A stretch of 64,000 bases of DNA from NCBI GenBank assembly GCA_966243015.1, contig CBIMES010000002.1, positions 117,458 to 181,457 on the forward strand. The letters run 5' to 3'. This DNA comes from an uncultured bacterium. GTDB lineage: Bacteria; Patescibacteriota; Minisyncoccia; Phycocordibacterales; UBA6065. Within the stretch, counting starts at the first letter, position 1; each line of letters starts with the position of its first letter. Both the position numbers and the translations under genes were made by a program. The notes below the pieces were generated by a model, which had not been told where the DNA came from, made no database searches, and worked only from the letters and a program-made list of their open reading frames with translations. Positions 19,131 through 27,847 of this stretch are shown here, piece by piece.

Positions 19131-19766
19131 ATGGCGCTTAACGCGAAGACAACACAGGAGTTCGTTCCGATAAAGGAAATCCGACAGGGAATCGTCATCC
19201 TCCGCGACGACTCTCTGCGAGGCGTCGTCATGGCGTCATCGCTCAACTTCGCCCTCAAATCGGCCGACGAGCAGCAGTCAATCATCTTTCAATTCCAGAA
19301 CTTCATCAACTCGCTCGACTTCTCGGTGCAGATCTTTATCCAGTCTCGTAAGCTCGACATCAGGCCATACATCGCCCTTCTCGAGAACAGGCTTCGCGAG
19401 CAGATGAGCGATCTCCTCAAGATCCAGACGCGCGAGTACATCGAGTTCGTGAAGAACTTCACCGAGAACTCGAACATCATGACAAAGACCTTCTTCATCG
19501 TCGTACCGTACAGCCCGACGGTCGTCTCGAAGGGAAGCGTGCCGAACCCGCTCGGCAAGAAGAAGACGGGGGAGGAGACCGCCGAGCGAAGACTCGAGCT
19601 CTTCGAGGAGCATCGCAGCCAGCTCGAGCAGCGTATCAGCGTCGTCACCCAAGGTCTTAGCCGCTGCGGAATCCGCAGCGTCGAGCTGGGAACGGAGGAG
19701 ATCGTCGAGCTCTTCTACAAGATCTTCAATCCGGGCGACACCGAGAAGCCTATACCTCTCAACTAA
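19131..19766 (+). CDS. VirB4/TrbE/PrgJ-like ATPase, N-terminal domain fragment (211 aa)
   Basis: TQEFVPIKEIRQGIVILRDDSLRGVVMASSLNFALKSADEQQSIIFQFQNFINSLDFSVQIFIQSRKLDI is the characteristic N-terminus of Gram-positive-type VirB4 proteins. It ends at TAA 19764-19766, 4 nt before the next ATG. Confidence 0.7.
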   Translation: MALNAKTTQEFVPIKEIRQGIVILRDDSLRGVVMASSLNFALKSADEQQSIIFQFQNFINSLDFSVQIFIQSRKLDIRPYIALLENRLREQMSDLLKIQTREYIEFVKNFTENSNIMTKTFFIVVPYSPTVVSKGSVPNPLGKKKTGEETAERRLELFEEHRSQLEQRISVVTQGLSRCGIRSVELGTEEIVELFYKIFNPGDTEKPIPLN

Positions 19767-19770
19767 ACAC

Positions 19771-21576
19771 ATGGGAATCTTCGATTTTCTAAAAAAGAAA
19801 GAGAATAACATCAACATCTCCCCGGTTCTTCCGCAGGAGATTTACGAGGCGGGCGTGCTCGAGCTCAAGGACGTTATCGCGCCGTCGGCCCTCAAGGTCA
19901 CGCCGCGCGAGCTTAATCTCGGAGACAAAATCGTCCGAAGCTTCTTCGTCATCTCATACCCTCGATATCTCTCAGAGTCATGGTTCGCACCGATCATCAA
20001 CCTCGACAAGGTCTTCAACATTTCCATATTTGTCCACCCCGTCGACACCGCTCGAGTTCTCCGCCAGTTCCAGAAGAAAGTGGCCGAGGTGCAGAGCCAG
20101 ATCTCCATCAGGGAGCAGAAGGGCCTCGTCCGCGACCCGATGCTCGACACCGCGTACCAGGATCTCGAGGGCCTGCGCGACCAGCTCCAGCAGGCGCAGG
20201 AGAAGCTCTTTGACGTGGGCATCTACATCTCAATCTACGCCGACAGCGACGCAGAGCTCGATAAGACTGAGAGCGAGATCAAGTCGATTCTCGAGTCAAA
20301 GCTCGTGTACGTAAAGCCGGCGCTCTTCCAGCAGGAACAGGGGTACCGCAGCAACCTACCGACGGCAAACGACGAGCTCCTTGTCCATTCCAAGCTTAAC
20401 TCAAGCCCTCTTTCGTCACTTTTCCCGTTCATATCCTTCGACCTCACCTCTGACAAGGGAATCCTCTACGGCATCAACAGGCACAACTCGTCGCTCGTGC
20501 TCTTCGATCGCTTCTCGCTCGAGAACTACAACTCGATTACCTTCGCGAAGTCAGGTTCGGGTAAGTCATACGCCACCAAGCTCGAGATTCTCCGAACGCT
20601 CATGTTCGACACCGAGGTGATCGTCATCGACCCGGAGAGGGAATACGAGTACCTTGCCGAGGCAACGGGAGGAAAGTACTTCAACATCTCCCTCAACTCC
20701 GAGCATCACATCAACCCGTTCGACCTGCCAATCCCGCGCGAGGACGAGTCGACCGCCGACGTGCTTCGCTCGAACATCATCAACCTCGTAGGACTCTTCC
20801 GCATAATGATGGGAGGCCTGACCCCCGAGGAAGACGCGCTCATCGATAAGGCGATCACCGAAACCTACGCGCTCAAGGACATCACGCCTGACTCAGACTT
20901 CAGGAACACCGAACCGCCGCTCCTGTCTGACTTCGAGCTCGTGCTTGCCGGCATGGAGGGAGGGGAGTCGCTCGTGCAGAGGCTGACCAAATACACCAAG
21001 GGAACCTGGTCTGGCTTCATCAACAGGCCGACAAACGTCGACATTAACGCGAAGTTCATCGTCTTCTCGCTCCGAGACATGGAGGAGGAGCTCAAGCCCG
21101 TCGCGATGTACATCGTGACCCACTACATCTGGAACGCGGTGCGCAAGAACCTCAAGAAGCGCCTGCTCGTCATCGACGAGGCGTGGTGGATGATGAAGTC
21201 GGACGACACCGCGTCGTTCCTCCTCGGACTCGCCAAGCGAGGCCGAAAGTACTTCCTCGGACTGGCGACCATTACCCAGGACGTGGACGACTTCCTCAAG
21301 TCGCCGTACGGAATGCCGATTATCACCAACTCGTCGATACAGATGCTGCTCAAGCAGTCCCCATCGTCGATCGACAAGCTTCAGACGGTCTTCAACCTCA
21401 CGGAAGAGGAAAAATACCTCCTTCTCGAGTCAGACGTGGGAGAGGGAATCTTCTTCGTGGGACTTAAGCACGTGGCCATCAAGATTATCGCCTCGTACAC
21501 CGAGGACCAAATCATCACCTCTGACCCTTCGCAGATTCTCGCCATCAAGGAAGCGAAAAGAAACCTTCAGGGGTAG
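19771..21576 (+). CDS. VirB4/TrbE/PrgJ-like ATPase, ATPase portion (601 aa)
   Basis: …LKDVIAPSALKV…YPRYLSESWF…, Walker A FAKSGSGKSYA, Walker B LLVIDEAWWMM, and C-terminal …GLATITQDVDDF… form the VirB4 (CagE_TrbE_VirB) architecture. Together with 19131..19766 it totals about 812 aa, typical of a single VirB4. Confidence 0.8.
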   Translation: MGIFDFLKKKENNINISPVLPQEIYEAGVLELKDVIAPSALKVTPRELNLGDKIVRSFFVISYPRYLSESWFAPIINLDKVFNISIFVHPVDTARVLRQFQKKVAEVQSQISIREQKGLVRDPMLDTAYQDLEGLRDQLQQAQEKLFDVGIYISIYADSDAELDKTESEIKSILESKLVYVKPALFQQEQGYRSNLPTANDELLVHSKLNSSPLSSLFPFISFDLTSDKGILYGINRHNSSLVLFDRFSLENYNSITFAKSGSGKSYATKLEILRTLMFDTEVIVIDPEREYEYLAEATGGKYFNISLNSEHHINPFDLPIPREDESTADVLRSNIINLVGLFRIMMGGLTPEEDALIDKAITETYALKDITPDSDFRNTEPPLLSDFELVLAGMEGGESLVQRLTKYTKGTWSGFINRPTNVDINAKFIVFSLRDMEEELKPVAMYIVTHYIWNAVRKNLKKRLLVIDEAWWMMKSDDTASFLLGLAKRGRKYFLGLATITQDVDDFLKSPYGMPIITNSSIQMLLKQSPSSIDKLQTVFNLTEEEKYLLLESDVGEGIFFVGLKHVAIKIIASYTEDQIITSDPSQILAIKEAKRNLQG

Positions 21577-21624
21577 GGGAGCGGTGGATTGGCGCGCGGG
21601 GTTTCGTGCTACAATATACTCGTC

Positions 21625-22623
21625 ATGCTTCTCAAAAGGATATCTCTTATCTTTGCTTTTGTCGGTGTACTCCTCTCATGCTCCTTTGCCCATGCTCAGT
21701 CTATTCCAGGCATACAGAATCCTCTCGTCGTGAGCGTCATACCGACCGAACCGAGGGCCAATCAGACGGTCTATATCGGCATTCAGAGCTACAGCCTTGA
21801 TCTCGACAAGGCTCTCATCACTTGGTACGTAGACGGCAAGGAAACATCGAGCGGGGTCGGCCTCAAGGAATTCAGGGTACTCGCCGGACCGTCGGGTTCG
21901 ACCAAGACGGTCGACGTAAAGGTGGCAACCGTGGGCACAGGAACCTTCTCCGATACCGTCGTCATCAGGCCGGCAGACGTTGGCCTCCTCTGGGAATCTG
22001 ACACCTACACCCCTCCTTTCTACCAGGGAAAGGCTCTTCATTCTTACAACGGCTCCTTCAAAGTTACCGCGTTGCCAGAGCTCTACACTTCGGCGGGCGC
22101 AAAGATTGATGCGAAGGACTTGATCTACACCTGGAAAAAGAACGGTGAGATTCAGGGTGCCGCATCTGGATACGGCAAGAACACCTATATCGGCAGCCAG
22201 ACGAGCTACCTCAGGGAAGGGGAGGATATCTCCGTTGAGGTGTCAGCGCCGCGAGACAACGTGGTCGCCTCAAACAGCATCCTCATCACGCCAGCGGTGC
22301 CTTACGTATCGTTCTACGAGAAGAGCCCTCTCTACGGAATCATCTACGAAAAGAGCCTTCGCAACAGGACCAGCCTGACCAACGAGGAGGTCTCGATCAT
22401 CGCCGAGCCATTCTTCTTCTCAATTCCAAACCGAGACTCCTCGAACCTCTCGTATACCTGGACCCTCAACGGCAGCCCCCTCCCTGACTTCTCGGGAGAG
22501 AGTCTCATGACGCTCCGAAAGGCGGGCGGGGAAGCGGGAAGGGCTGATCTTCGCGTCGTCCTGCAGAACAACATGAAGCTCCTTCAGGGCGCCTCGCAGA
22601 ACCTAACCATTTTCTATGAATAA
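21625..22623 (+). CDS. Hypothetical secreted beta-rich protein (locus member)
   Basis: Signal peptide MLLKRISLIFAFVGVLLSCSFAHAQS. No TM helix afterwards. No family assignment. Confidence 0.45.
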   Translation: MLLKRISLIFAFVGVLLSCSFAHAQSIPGIQNPLVVSVIPTEPRANQTVYIGIQSYSLDLDKALITWYVDGKETSSGVGLKEFRVLAGPSGSTKTVDVKVATVGTGTFSDTVVIRPADVGLLWESDTYTPPFYQGKALHSYNGSFKVTALPELYTSAGAKIDAKDLIYTWKKNGEIQGAASGYGKNTYIGSQTSYLREGEDISVEVSAPRDNVVASNSILITPAVPYVSFYEKSPLYGIIYEKSLRNRTSLTNEEVSIIAEPFFFSIPNRDSSNLSYTWTLNGSPLPDFSGESLMTLRKAGGEAGRADLRVVLQNNMKLLQGASQNLTIFYE

Positions 22624-23821
22624 AACCCGAGCACTCGCCATCGCCTCAGCAAGCATCGTCACGCTCTTCGCGGGCTGGGCAACTGTCGCGTCGGCACAGA
22701 CAACCGAATACGTTCCCCTCACGACGGTTCCCGGCCTCTTCAAGCAGGGAAGCTCGACCAACCCCGTCACCATCATCAAGGGAATCTACGGACTGGCCAT
22801 CGGCATCGGCAGCGTCATCGCCACTGTCATGCTCATCATCGCCGGCTTCGAGTATATGTACCAGGAGTCAATCACGGGAAAGTCACAGGCAAAGGAGCGC
22901 ATCACCAATGCGTTTCTCGGTCTCTTGGTCATCCTTGGATCGTACATACTCCTCCGAACTATCAACCCAGCACTTGTAGACTTCAACCTCACACTCCAGG
23001 GTGGCAGCAATCGACTCAAGGGACTGATTGCCGACAAGGCATATGACGATCTAAGGGAAAGGCAGAAGGCCTTGCAGGAAGATCAGACCGCCATCAACAA
23101 GCTCAAGGCAAATGGCGTGGAAATGGAGAAGCTGATTGAGCAGAAAGAGGACACCATGCGCGGCTACGACTGCGAGAACGAGGATAAGGCTGATTGCGAG
23201 AGAATCGAGAAAGAGATCGCCGAGCTTGAAACGCGAGTAAAAGAGAACACGGACAACATCGCCGCAACGCAAATAGAGCAGGGAAAGGGGATTGCCTCGA
23301 CCTATGTGTACGAACTCCTCGAAACCAGGTATTGGGAGCTCGCCGGCAAGCTCAGACAGGACAACGGTCAGGGGGAGCTTGAGTTCGACGAATTCCTTCA
23401 GGCAGCCTCAGCCGCATACAAGAGCTCAATCGACGGCGTGGAGAAACAGCTGGTCGCCATAAAAGCCGTACAGACGAACGATGCCGGGATCCTGAAACAA
23501 AAGACGGATACCATCAGAGACCTCGAGAACGAGAAAAAATATCTCGCCCTCGCCGCTACGTACGTCATTTGGCAGAACAGCTATGACAATAACGGCCTCG
23601 ATCTCACGGATCTAGCGAACAGCATCAAGTACAGGACTGATGCCTACACAAAGAAGCTCAAGGAGGCGGGTTTCAGCAACGAGTTCATCGAGGAGCGCGT
23701 AAAACGCGACAGAACCAATCTCATAACCGCATTCTCGATGTCTGAGGAGGTACAGGAAGACTGCGCATCAAATACCGATGTGCTCCCGGCCGACTACGCA
23801 CAGCTCTGCTCAAACGCATAA
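22616..23821 (+). CDS. VirB2/TrbC-like T4SS pilin-like protein with a roughly 270-aa C-terminal coiled-coil extension
   Basis: Signal peptide (…VASA|Q) is followed by two hydrophobic helices (IYGLAIGIGSVIATVMLIIAGFEYMY and ITNAFLGLLVILGSYILLRTI), the classic T4SS pilin topology. The C-terminal part is coiled-coil-like. The start overlaps the upstream gene by 8 nt. Confidence 0.5.
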   Translation: MNKTRALAIASASIVTLFAGWATVASAQTTEYVPLTTVPGLFKQGSSTNPVTIIKGIYGLAIGIGSVIATVMLIIAGFEYMYQESITGKSQAKERITNAFLGLLVILGSYILLRTINPALVDFNLTLQGGSNRLKGLIADKAYDDLRERQKALQEDQTAINKLKANGVEMEKLIEQKEDTMRGYDCENEDKADCERIEKEIAELETRVKENTDNIAATQIEQGKGIASTYVYELLETRYWELAGKLRQDNGQGELEFDEFLQAASAAYKSSIDGVEKQLVAIKAVQTNDAGILKQKTDTIRDLENEKKYLALAATYVIWQNSYDNNGLDLTDLANSIKYRTDAYTKKLKEAGFSNEFIEERVKRDRTNLITAFSMSEEVQEDCASNTDVLPADYAQLCSNA

Positions 23822-23827
23822 AACAAC

Positions 23828-25060
23828 ATGTCGAAAAAAACATTCACGCTCTTCATCATAGTACTCCTGGGAATCATCGCCTTCCTCGGCTGGTTCTTTT
23901 TCTTCCGCGCGAATGAGTCAACGCTTCCCGGTGACCCCAACCAGCCGACCGACCTCTTTCCCTTTGGGCAGGGGAGCACAACCCCTGATGGAAACAACAC
24001 GGGGCAAACGGGCAGCTCGACGGGGCAGATAGACATCTCGGGTGACACCCCACGCCTTCCTCGACTAAGACAAATCTGGCGAGACCAGACCGCAGGCGCC
24101 ACGTTCTTTCCAGGCACGGGAACCACGACAAGCGTGAGGTTCGTCGACAGAGCAACGGGTCACATCTACGAGTCTCCTATCGAGGCGACGGGGGAGACCA
24201 AGATATCGAACGTCACCATCCCACAGGTGCACGAAGCGCTTTGGGCATCAAACGGAAACGAGCTCATCTTCCGCTACCTCAGGAGCGATTCGATGACGAT
24301 ACAGTCGTTCTATGGAACGCTCGCCACATCGAGCGCCACTACAACCATGACGGTGGAAGGTTACTTCTTGCCCGCAAACATCCGCGACATCTCGGTATCA
24401 GGCGACAGGATTCTCTATTTCAACCCAGCCGTTCAGATCGGAAGCCTCGTCGACGCACGCGTCGACGGCACAGGAAGACGCGTGGTCATGAGCTCCGAGG
24501 CACGAGACTGGTCTCTCTCATACACCAACACAAAAACCGCATTCCTCGAAACCAGGCCAAGCGGTCTCGTAAAGGGATTCGGCTACGCCCTTAACCTCGC
24601 CACGGGAGCGACTTCAAAAATAGCTGGTGACATACTCGGTCTCACCGGAACCATAAACCCAGCAGGGGACAGAGCGCTTATGTCAGCGCAGGAGGGCGGA
24701 AGCATCGTCACGGCAGGCTACGACATGACGTCAAAGAGGGCCTCCACCCTTTCCATCAAAACCCTTTCCGACAAATGCGTGTGGAGCAGGAAAAAGGCCG
24801 AGATGGCATACTGCGCAGTGCCCTCAAACATTCCGTCGGGAACATATCCTGATGACTGGTATCGAGGCGACACGAGCTTCTCCGATCGACTCTGGACCGT
24901 CGACCTCTCGACAGGGGAGACCGATCTCATCATGGACCCATCCTATGAGACCGGCCAGAGCATGGACATCATGAAAATCAGCGTGGACAGCGGGGAGGAG
25001 TACATTACATTCACCAACAAGAAGGACATGAGCCAGTGGCTGCTGAGGATCGAGGAATAA
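23828..25060 (+). CDS. Hypothetical N-terminally anchored extracytoplasmic beta-rich protein (last locus gene)
   Basis: TM helix FTLFIIVLLGIIAFLGWFFFF, then a Gly/Thr-rich linker and a roughly 330-aa domain. A bidirectional terminator follows. Confidence 0.45.
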   Translation: MSKKTFTLFIIVLLGIIAFLGWFFFFRANESTLPGDPNQPTDLFPFGQGSTTPDGNNTGQTGSSTGQIDISGDTPRLPRLRQIWRDQTAGATFFPGTGTTTSVRFVDRATGHIYESPIEATGETKISNVTIPQVHEALWASNGNELIFRYLRSDSMTIQSFYGTLATSSATTTMTVEGYFLPANIRDISVSGDRILYFNPAVQIGSLVDARVDGTGRRVVMSSEARDWSLSYTNTKTAFLETRPSGLVKGFGYALNLATGATSKIAGDILGLTGTINPAGDRALMSAQEGGSIVTAGYDMTSKRASTLSIKTLSDKCVWSRKKAEMAYCAVPSNIPSGTYPDDWYRGDTSFSDRLWTVDLSTGETDLIMDPSYETGQSMDIMKISVDSGEEYITFTNKKDMSQWLLRIEE

Positions 25061-25073
25061 GAAAGCCCCAAAA

Positions 25074-25105
25074 GAAAGCCGCATCGATCGATGCGGCTTT
25101 CTTTT
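25074..25105. terminator. Bidirectional terminator between the T4SS-like locus and yidC
   Basis: AAAGCCGCATCG-atcg-ATGCGGCTTTCTTTTTC, with a T-run on the opposite strand as well. Confidence 0.75.
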
Positions 25106-25106
25106 T

Positions 25107-25862
25107 CTATCTAACCTTCACCGCCAAATTCTCCTTCGCCTCCTTCTCCCGCGCCATCTGCCGTCGGATGTACAGCTCCTGCCCGATCATGAACAGGTTG
25201 CTCGTCACCCAGTACAGGGCGAGGGCCGAGGCCACGTGGTAGGCGATGAAGAGGATCATGATAGGGAAGACGTACTTCATCTGAGTCTGCATGTTGCGGG
25301 CGAAGTCCTCCTGGAAGTTGCCGTTGCCGGTCTTGGGGGCAGCCTTTGGTATCGAGAGCCTTATCTGGAAGTACTGGGAGACCGCCGCGAGAACCGCGAG
25401 AGCGAAGCTTTTGGTACCCATGTCTATGAGACCAAGGAAGTTCATGTTAACAACCTCAGGAACCTTAACGAACGAGTAGAGGAGACTCGGGTCAGGCGCC
25501 GAAATGCCTGACGAATAAAAGATTCGATACAAGGCGAAGAAGATAGGAAGCTGGAGAAGGATAAGGAAGATGCCGGCAAACGGGTTTATGCCCTTTGCCT
25601 TGTAGAAGGCCATGACCTGAAGCGCCTGCGCCTGCCGATCGTCCTTGTACTTCTCCTTGATGGCATTCATCTCGGGCTCGTACATCTTGAGGGCAACCTG
25701 GGTGCGGGCAGACTTTCTCGAAAGAGGGAAGAGGATGACCTTAACGATAACCGTGAAGAGGATAATGACGACGCCTGCGTCGAGGAAGGGGAGGTGGCCG
25801 GCGAGGAATACAAGACCGTTATAGAGGGGCTCGTAGATGAACGTAGTATAAAGATAATGCAT
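25107..25862 (-). CDS. yidC: Membrane protein insertase YidC/Oxa1 (short form)
   Basis: 251 aa and multi-TM. Its position downstream of rnpA and rpmH is the conserved rpmH-rnpA-yidC arrangement. Hydrophobic core motifs are typical of the 60-kDa IMP family. Confidence 0.8.
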   Translation of the reverse strand: MHYLYTTFIYEPLYNGLVFLAGHLPFLDAGVVIILFTVIVKVILFPLSRKSARTQVALKMYEPEMNAIKEKYKDDRQAQALQVMAFYKAKGINPFAGIFLILLQLPIFFALYRIFYSSGISAPDPSLLYSFVKVPEVVNMNFLGLIDMGTKSFALAVLAAVSQYFQIRLSIPKAAPKTGNGNFQEDFARNMQTQMKYVFPIMILFIAYHVASALALYWVTSNLFMIGQELYIRRQMAREKEAKENLAVKVR

Positions 25863-25915
25863 ATGATTATTGTGCGGGCTAAGCCATAGTAGCCTATTTC
25901 AGACCCTTACTCAAT

Positions 25916-26242
25916 CTACGCGAGACCAGCTTTTTTCAACGTAGCCTGTATATCAGAGGAAACCGCTTCAGGGGAAGCGGCTAGACACTCCTTCTTAGGG
26001 AGAATCATGGCAAATACCGGTGTTTTAAGGCTTTTCTTTGCGGACCTGAGGGCAAGATACACCTTTCGGCGCACGGAATTCCTGTCGACGGCCCTGGCTG
26101 CCACTTTTTTGGACACAGGCACGGCGAACTTCGCCCTCTCGGCGGGAACGAAGCGCAAAGAAAGAAGCGTCCCGAAGACGCTTTTTCCTTGAGAGAGAGC
26201 TGCTACCTCTTTTGTGGTGAGACGGTCAGCCTTCCTGAGCAT
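25916..26242 (-). CDS. rnpA: Ribonuclease P protein component
   Basis: 108 aa basic protein. …FAVPVSKKVAARAVDRNSVRRKVYLALR… matches the RnpA RNR motif region. It lies between rpmH and yidC. Confidence 0.8.
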   Translation of the reverse strand: MLRKADRLTTKEVAALSQGKSVFGTLLSLRFVPAERAKFAVPVSKKVAARAVDRNSVRRKVYLALRSAKKSLKTPVFAMILPKKECLAASPEAVSSDIQATLKKAGLA

Positions 26243-26245
26243 GGG

Positions 26246-26383
26246 TTAGATCTTAACAATCTTCTTTCGACCCTTCTGTCGTCGTCGGACGAGCACCTTC
26301 TTGCCGGTAGGGGAGTTCTTTCGGGCAAGGAAGCCATGGGCTCGAGCGCGCTTCCTGTTCTTTGTTTTGTATACGATTGCCAT
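26246..26383 (-). CDS. rpmH: 50S ribosomal protein L34 (not in the supplied ORF track because it is under 60 aa)
   Basis: The reverse strand translates to MAIVYKTKNRKRARAHGFLARKNSPTGKKVLVRRRQKGRKKIVKI, the L34 signature. It is directly upstream of rnpA and divergent from dnaA. Confidence 0.85.
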   Translation of the reverse strand: MAIVYKTKNRKRARAHGFLARKNSPTGKKVLVRRRQKGRKKIVKI

Positions 26384-26503
26384 AAATTGGGATTTCTAAA
26401 AGATATGTTCACATATTATTAACATACTTAGCGCCTGTTCACAAGTAGCGCGCCTCGTACCACGCTATATACTTACAGGAACCATAACGATCCGGTAACT
26501 CAC

Positions 26504-27847
26504 ATGGACAACAAGAAACTCTGGGAAAGCGTGTTAGGTGCACTGGAACTTCAGGTATCCAAGGCAACCTTCAGCACCTGGCTGAGAGAGACCCACATCC
26601 ACAAACAGGATGACGGCGTCATCTACCTCTCGGTACCGAGTATCTTCGCCAAGGACTGGCTCTCCAACAAGTTCCACAAGGTTATCCTCAAATGCCTCAG
26701 GGACTTCGGCAACGACGTGAGGTCGCTCGAATACGTCATCGCCAAGGCCCCCGAGAAAAAGCAGGAGGTCGAGGAACCAAAGAAGCCGGCACCGACCTAC
26801 GAGCTACCCCTCCAGGATCTCTATATAAGCAAAGAAGACAACCTCAACCCGAAATACACCTTCGACACCTTTGTCATCGGTCCCTTTAACGAGCTCGCCC
26901 ACGCCGCGGCGCAGGCGGTAATGAAGAATCCCGGCATCGCCTACAACCCACTCTTCATCTACGGGGACACGGGAAGAGGGAAGACCCACCTCATCCAGGC
27001 CGTCGGCAACTACATCAAGCACAACCACCCCTCAAAGAAGGTGTTCTACATCACCTCAGAGCGCTTTGCCGTCGATTACATGAACTCGCTTCAGCTTGGA
27101 AAGGCGAACCAGTTCAAGGAAAAGTACCGAAAGTACGACGTCCTCATCATGGACGACGTGCAGTTCTTCTCGAGCAAGGAGAAGTCACAGGAGGAGTTCT
27201 TCCATCTCTTTAACACCCTCCACGAGAACAACAAGCAGCTCATCTGCTCTTCGGACAAGCACCCGAACCACATCCCCGACCTCGAAGACCGCATAAAATC
27301 ACGCTTCAGCGCGGGAATGATTGTCGACGTGTCCGCCCCAGACCACGACTCACGCCTCGCCATCCTCAGAAACAAGACCCTCACGCAGAGAATCAACCTC
27401 TCGGACGAGACCATCGAATTTCTCGCCAAGACCGTGGAGGGAAACGTGCGAGAACTCGAAGGCATCGTGAACTCCATCGCCATGCAGACCCATATCCGGG
27501 GAAGGGAGCTCAACCTCATCGAGATCAAGAATCTCATCAAGAACAGCACGAAGCCGAAGAAAACTGTGTCTATCAAGGACGTGGTGAAGGTCGTCTGCGA
27601 CTTTTACAACATAAACGAGAATTCCGTATACGAGAAAACCCGAAAAAAGGAGGTCGTTAAGCCACGACAGGTCATCATGTACATCCTCAGGGAGGACCTG
27701 AACATCTCATACCCTTCAATTGGCGAGAAAATGGGAGGCCGCGACCACACCACCGTCATACATTCTTGCGAAAAGATAAAGGAGGATATAAAGTCTGACC
27801 AAACGCTCATACAGGAGGTCAATCACATCCGATCCCTCATCTCATAA
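26504..27847 (+). CDS. dnaA: Chromosomal replication initiator protein DnaA
   Basis: N-terminal domain, AAA+ Walker A (NPLFIYGDTGRGKTHL), sensor motifs, and C-terminal DNA-binding helix-turn-helix (…VVKPRQVIMYILRED…). 447 aa. Confidence 0.95.
   Translation: MDNKKLWESVLGALELQVSKATFSTWLRETHIHKQDDGVIYLSVPSIFAKDWLSNKFHKVILKCLRDFGNDVRSLEYVIAKAPEKKQEVEEPKKPAPTYELPLQDLYISKEDNLNPKYTFDTFVIGPFNELAHAAAQAVMKNPGIAYNPLFIYGDTGRGKTHLIQAVGNYIKHNHPSKKVFYITSERFAVDYMNSLQLGKANQFKEKYRKYDVLIMDDVQFFSSKEKSQEEFFHLFNTLHENNKQLICSSDKHPNHIPDLEDRIKSRFSAGMIVDVSAPDHDSRLAILRNKTLTQRINLSDETIEFLAKTVEGNVRELEGIVNSIAMQTHIRGRELNLIEIKNLIKNSTKPKKTVSIKDVVKVVCDFYNINENSVYEKTRKKEVVKPRQVIMYILREDLNISYPSIGEKMGGRDHTTVIHSCEKIKEDIKSDQTLIQEVNHIRSLIS

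Noticed and set aside
26384-26503. The rpmH-dnaA spacer could be the main oriC.
   Set aside because: It holds only 120 bp, with TGTTCACA repeats but no good TTATCCACA matches. The dnaA-dnaN spacer is longer, more AT-rich and has several near-consensus boxes. It is kept as a possible second DnaA-box cluster or the dnaA promoter region.
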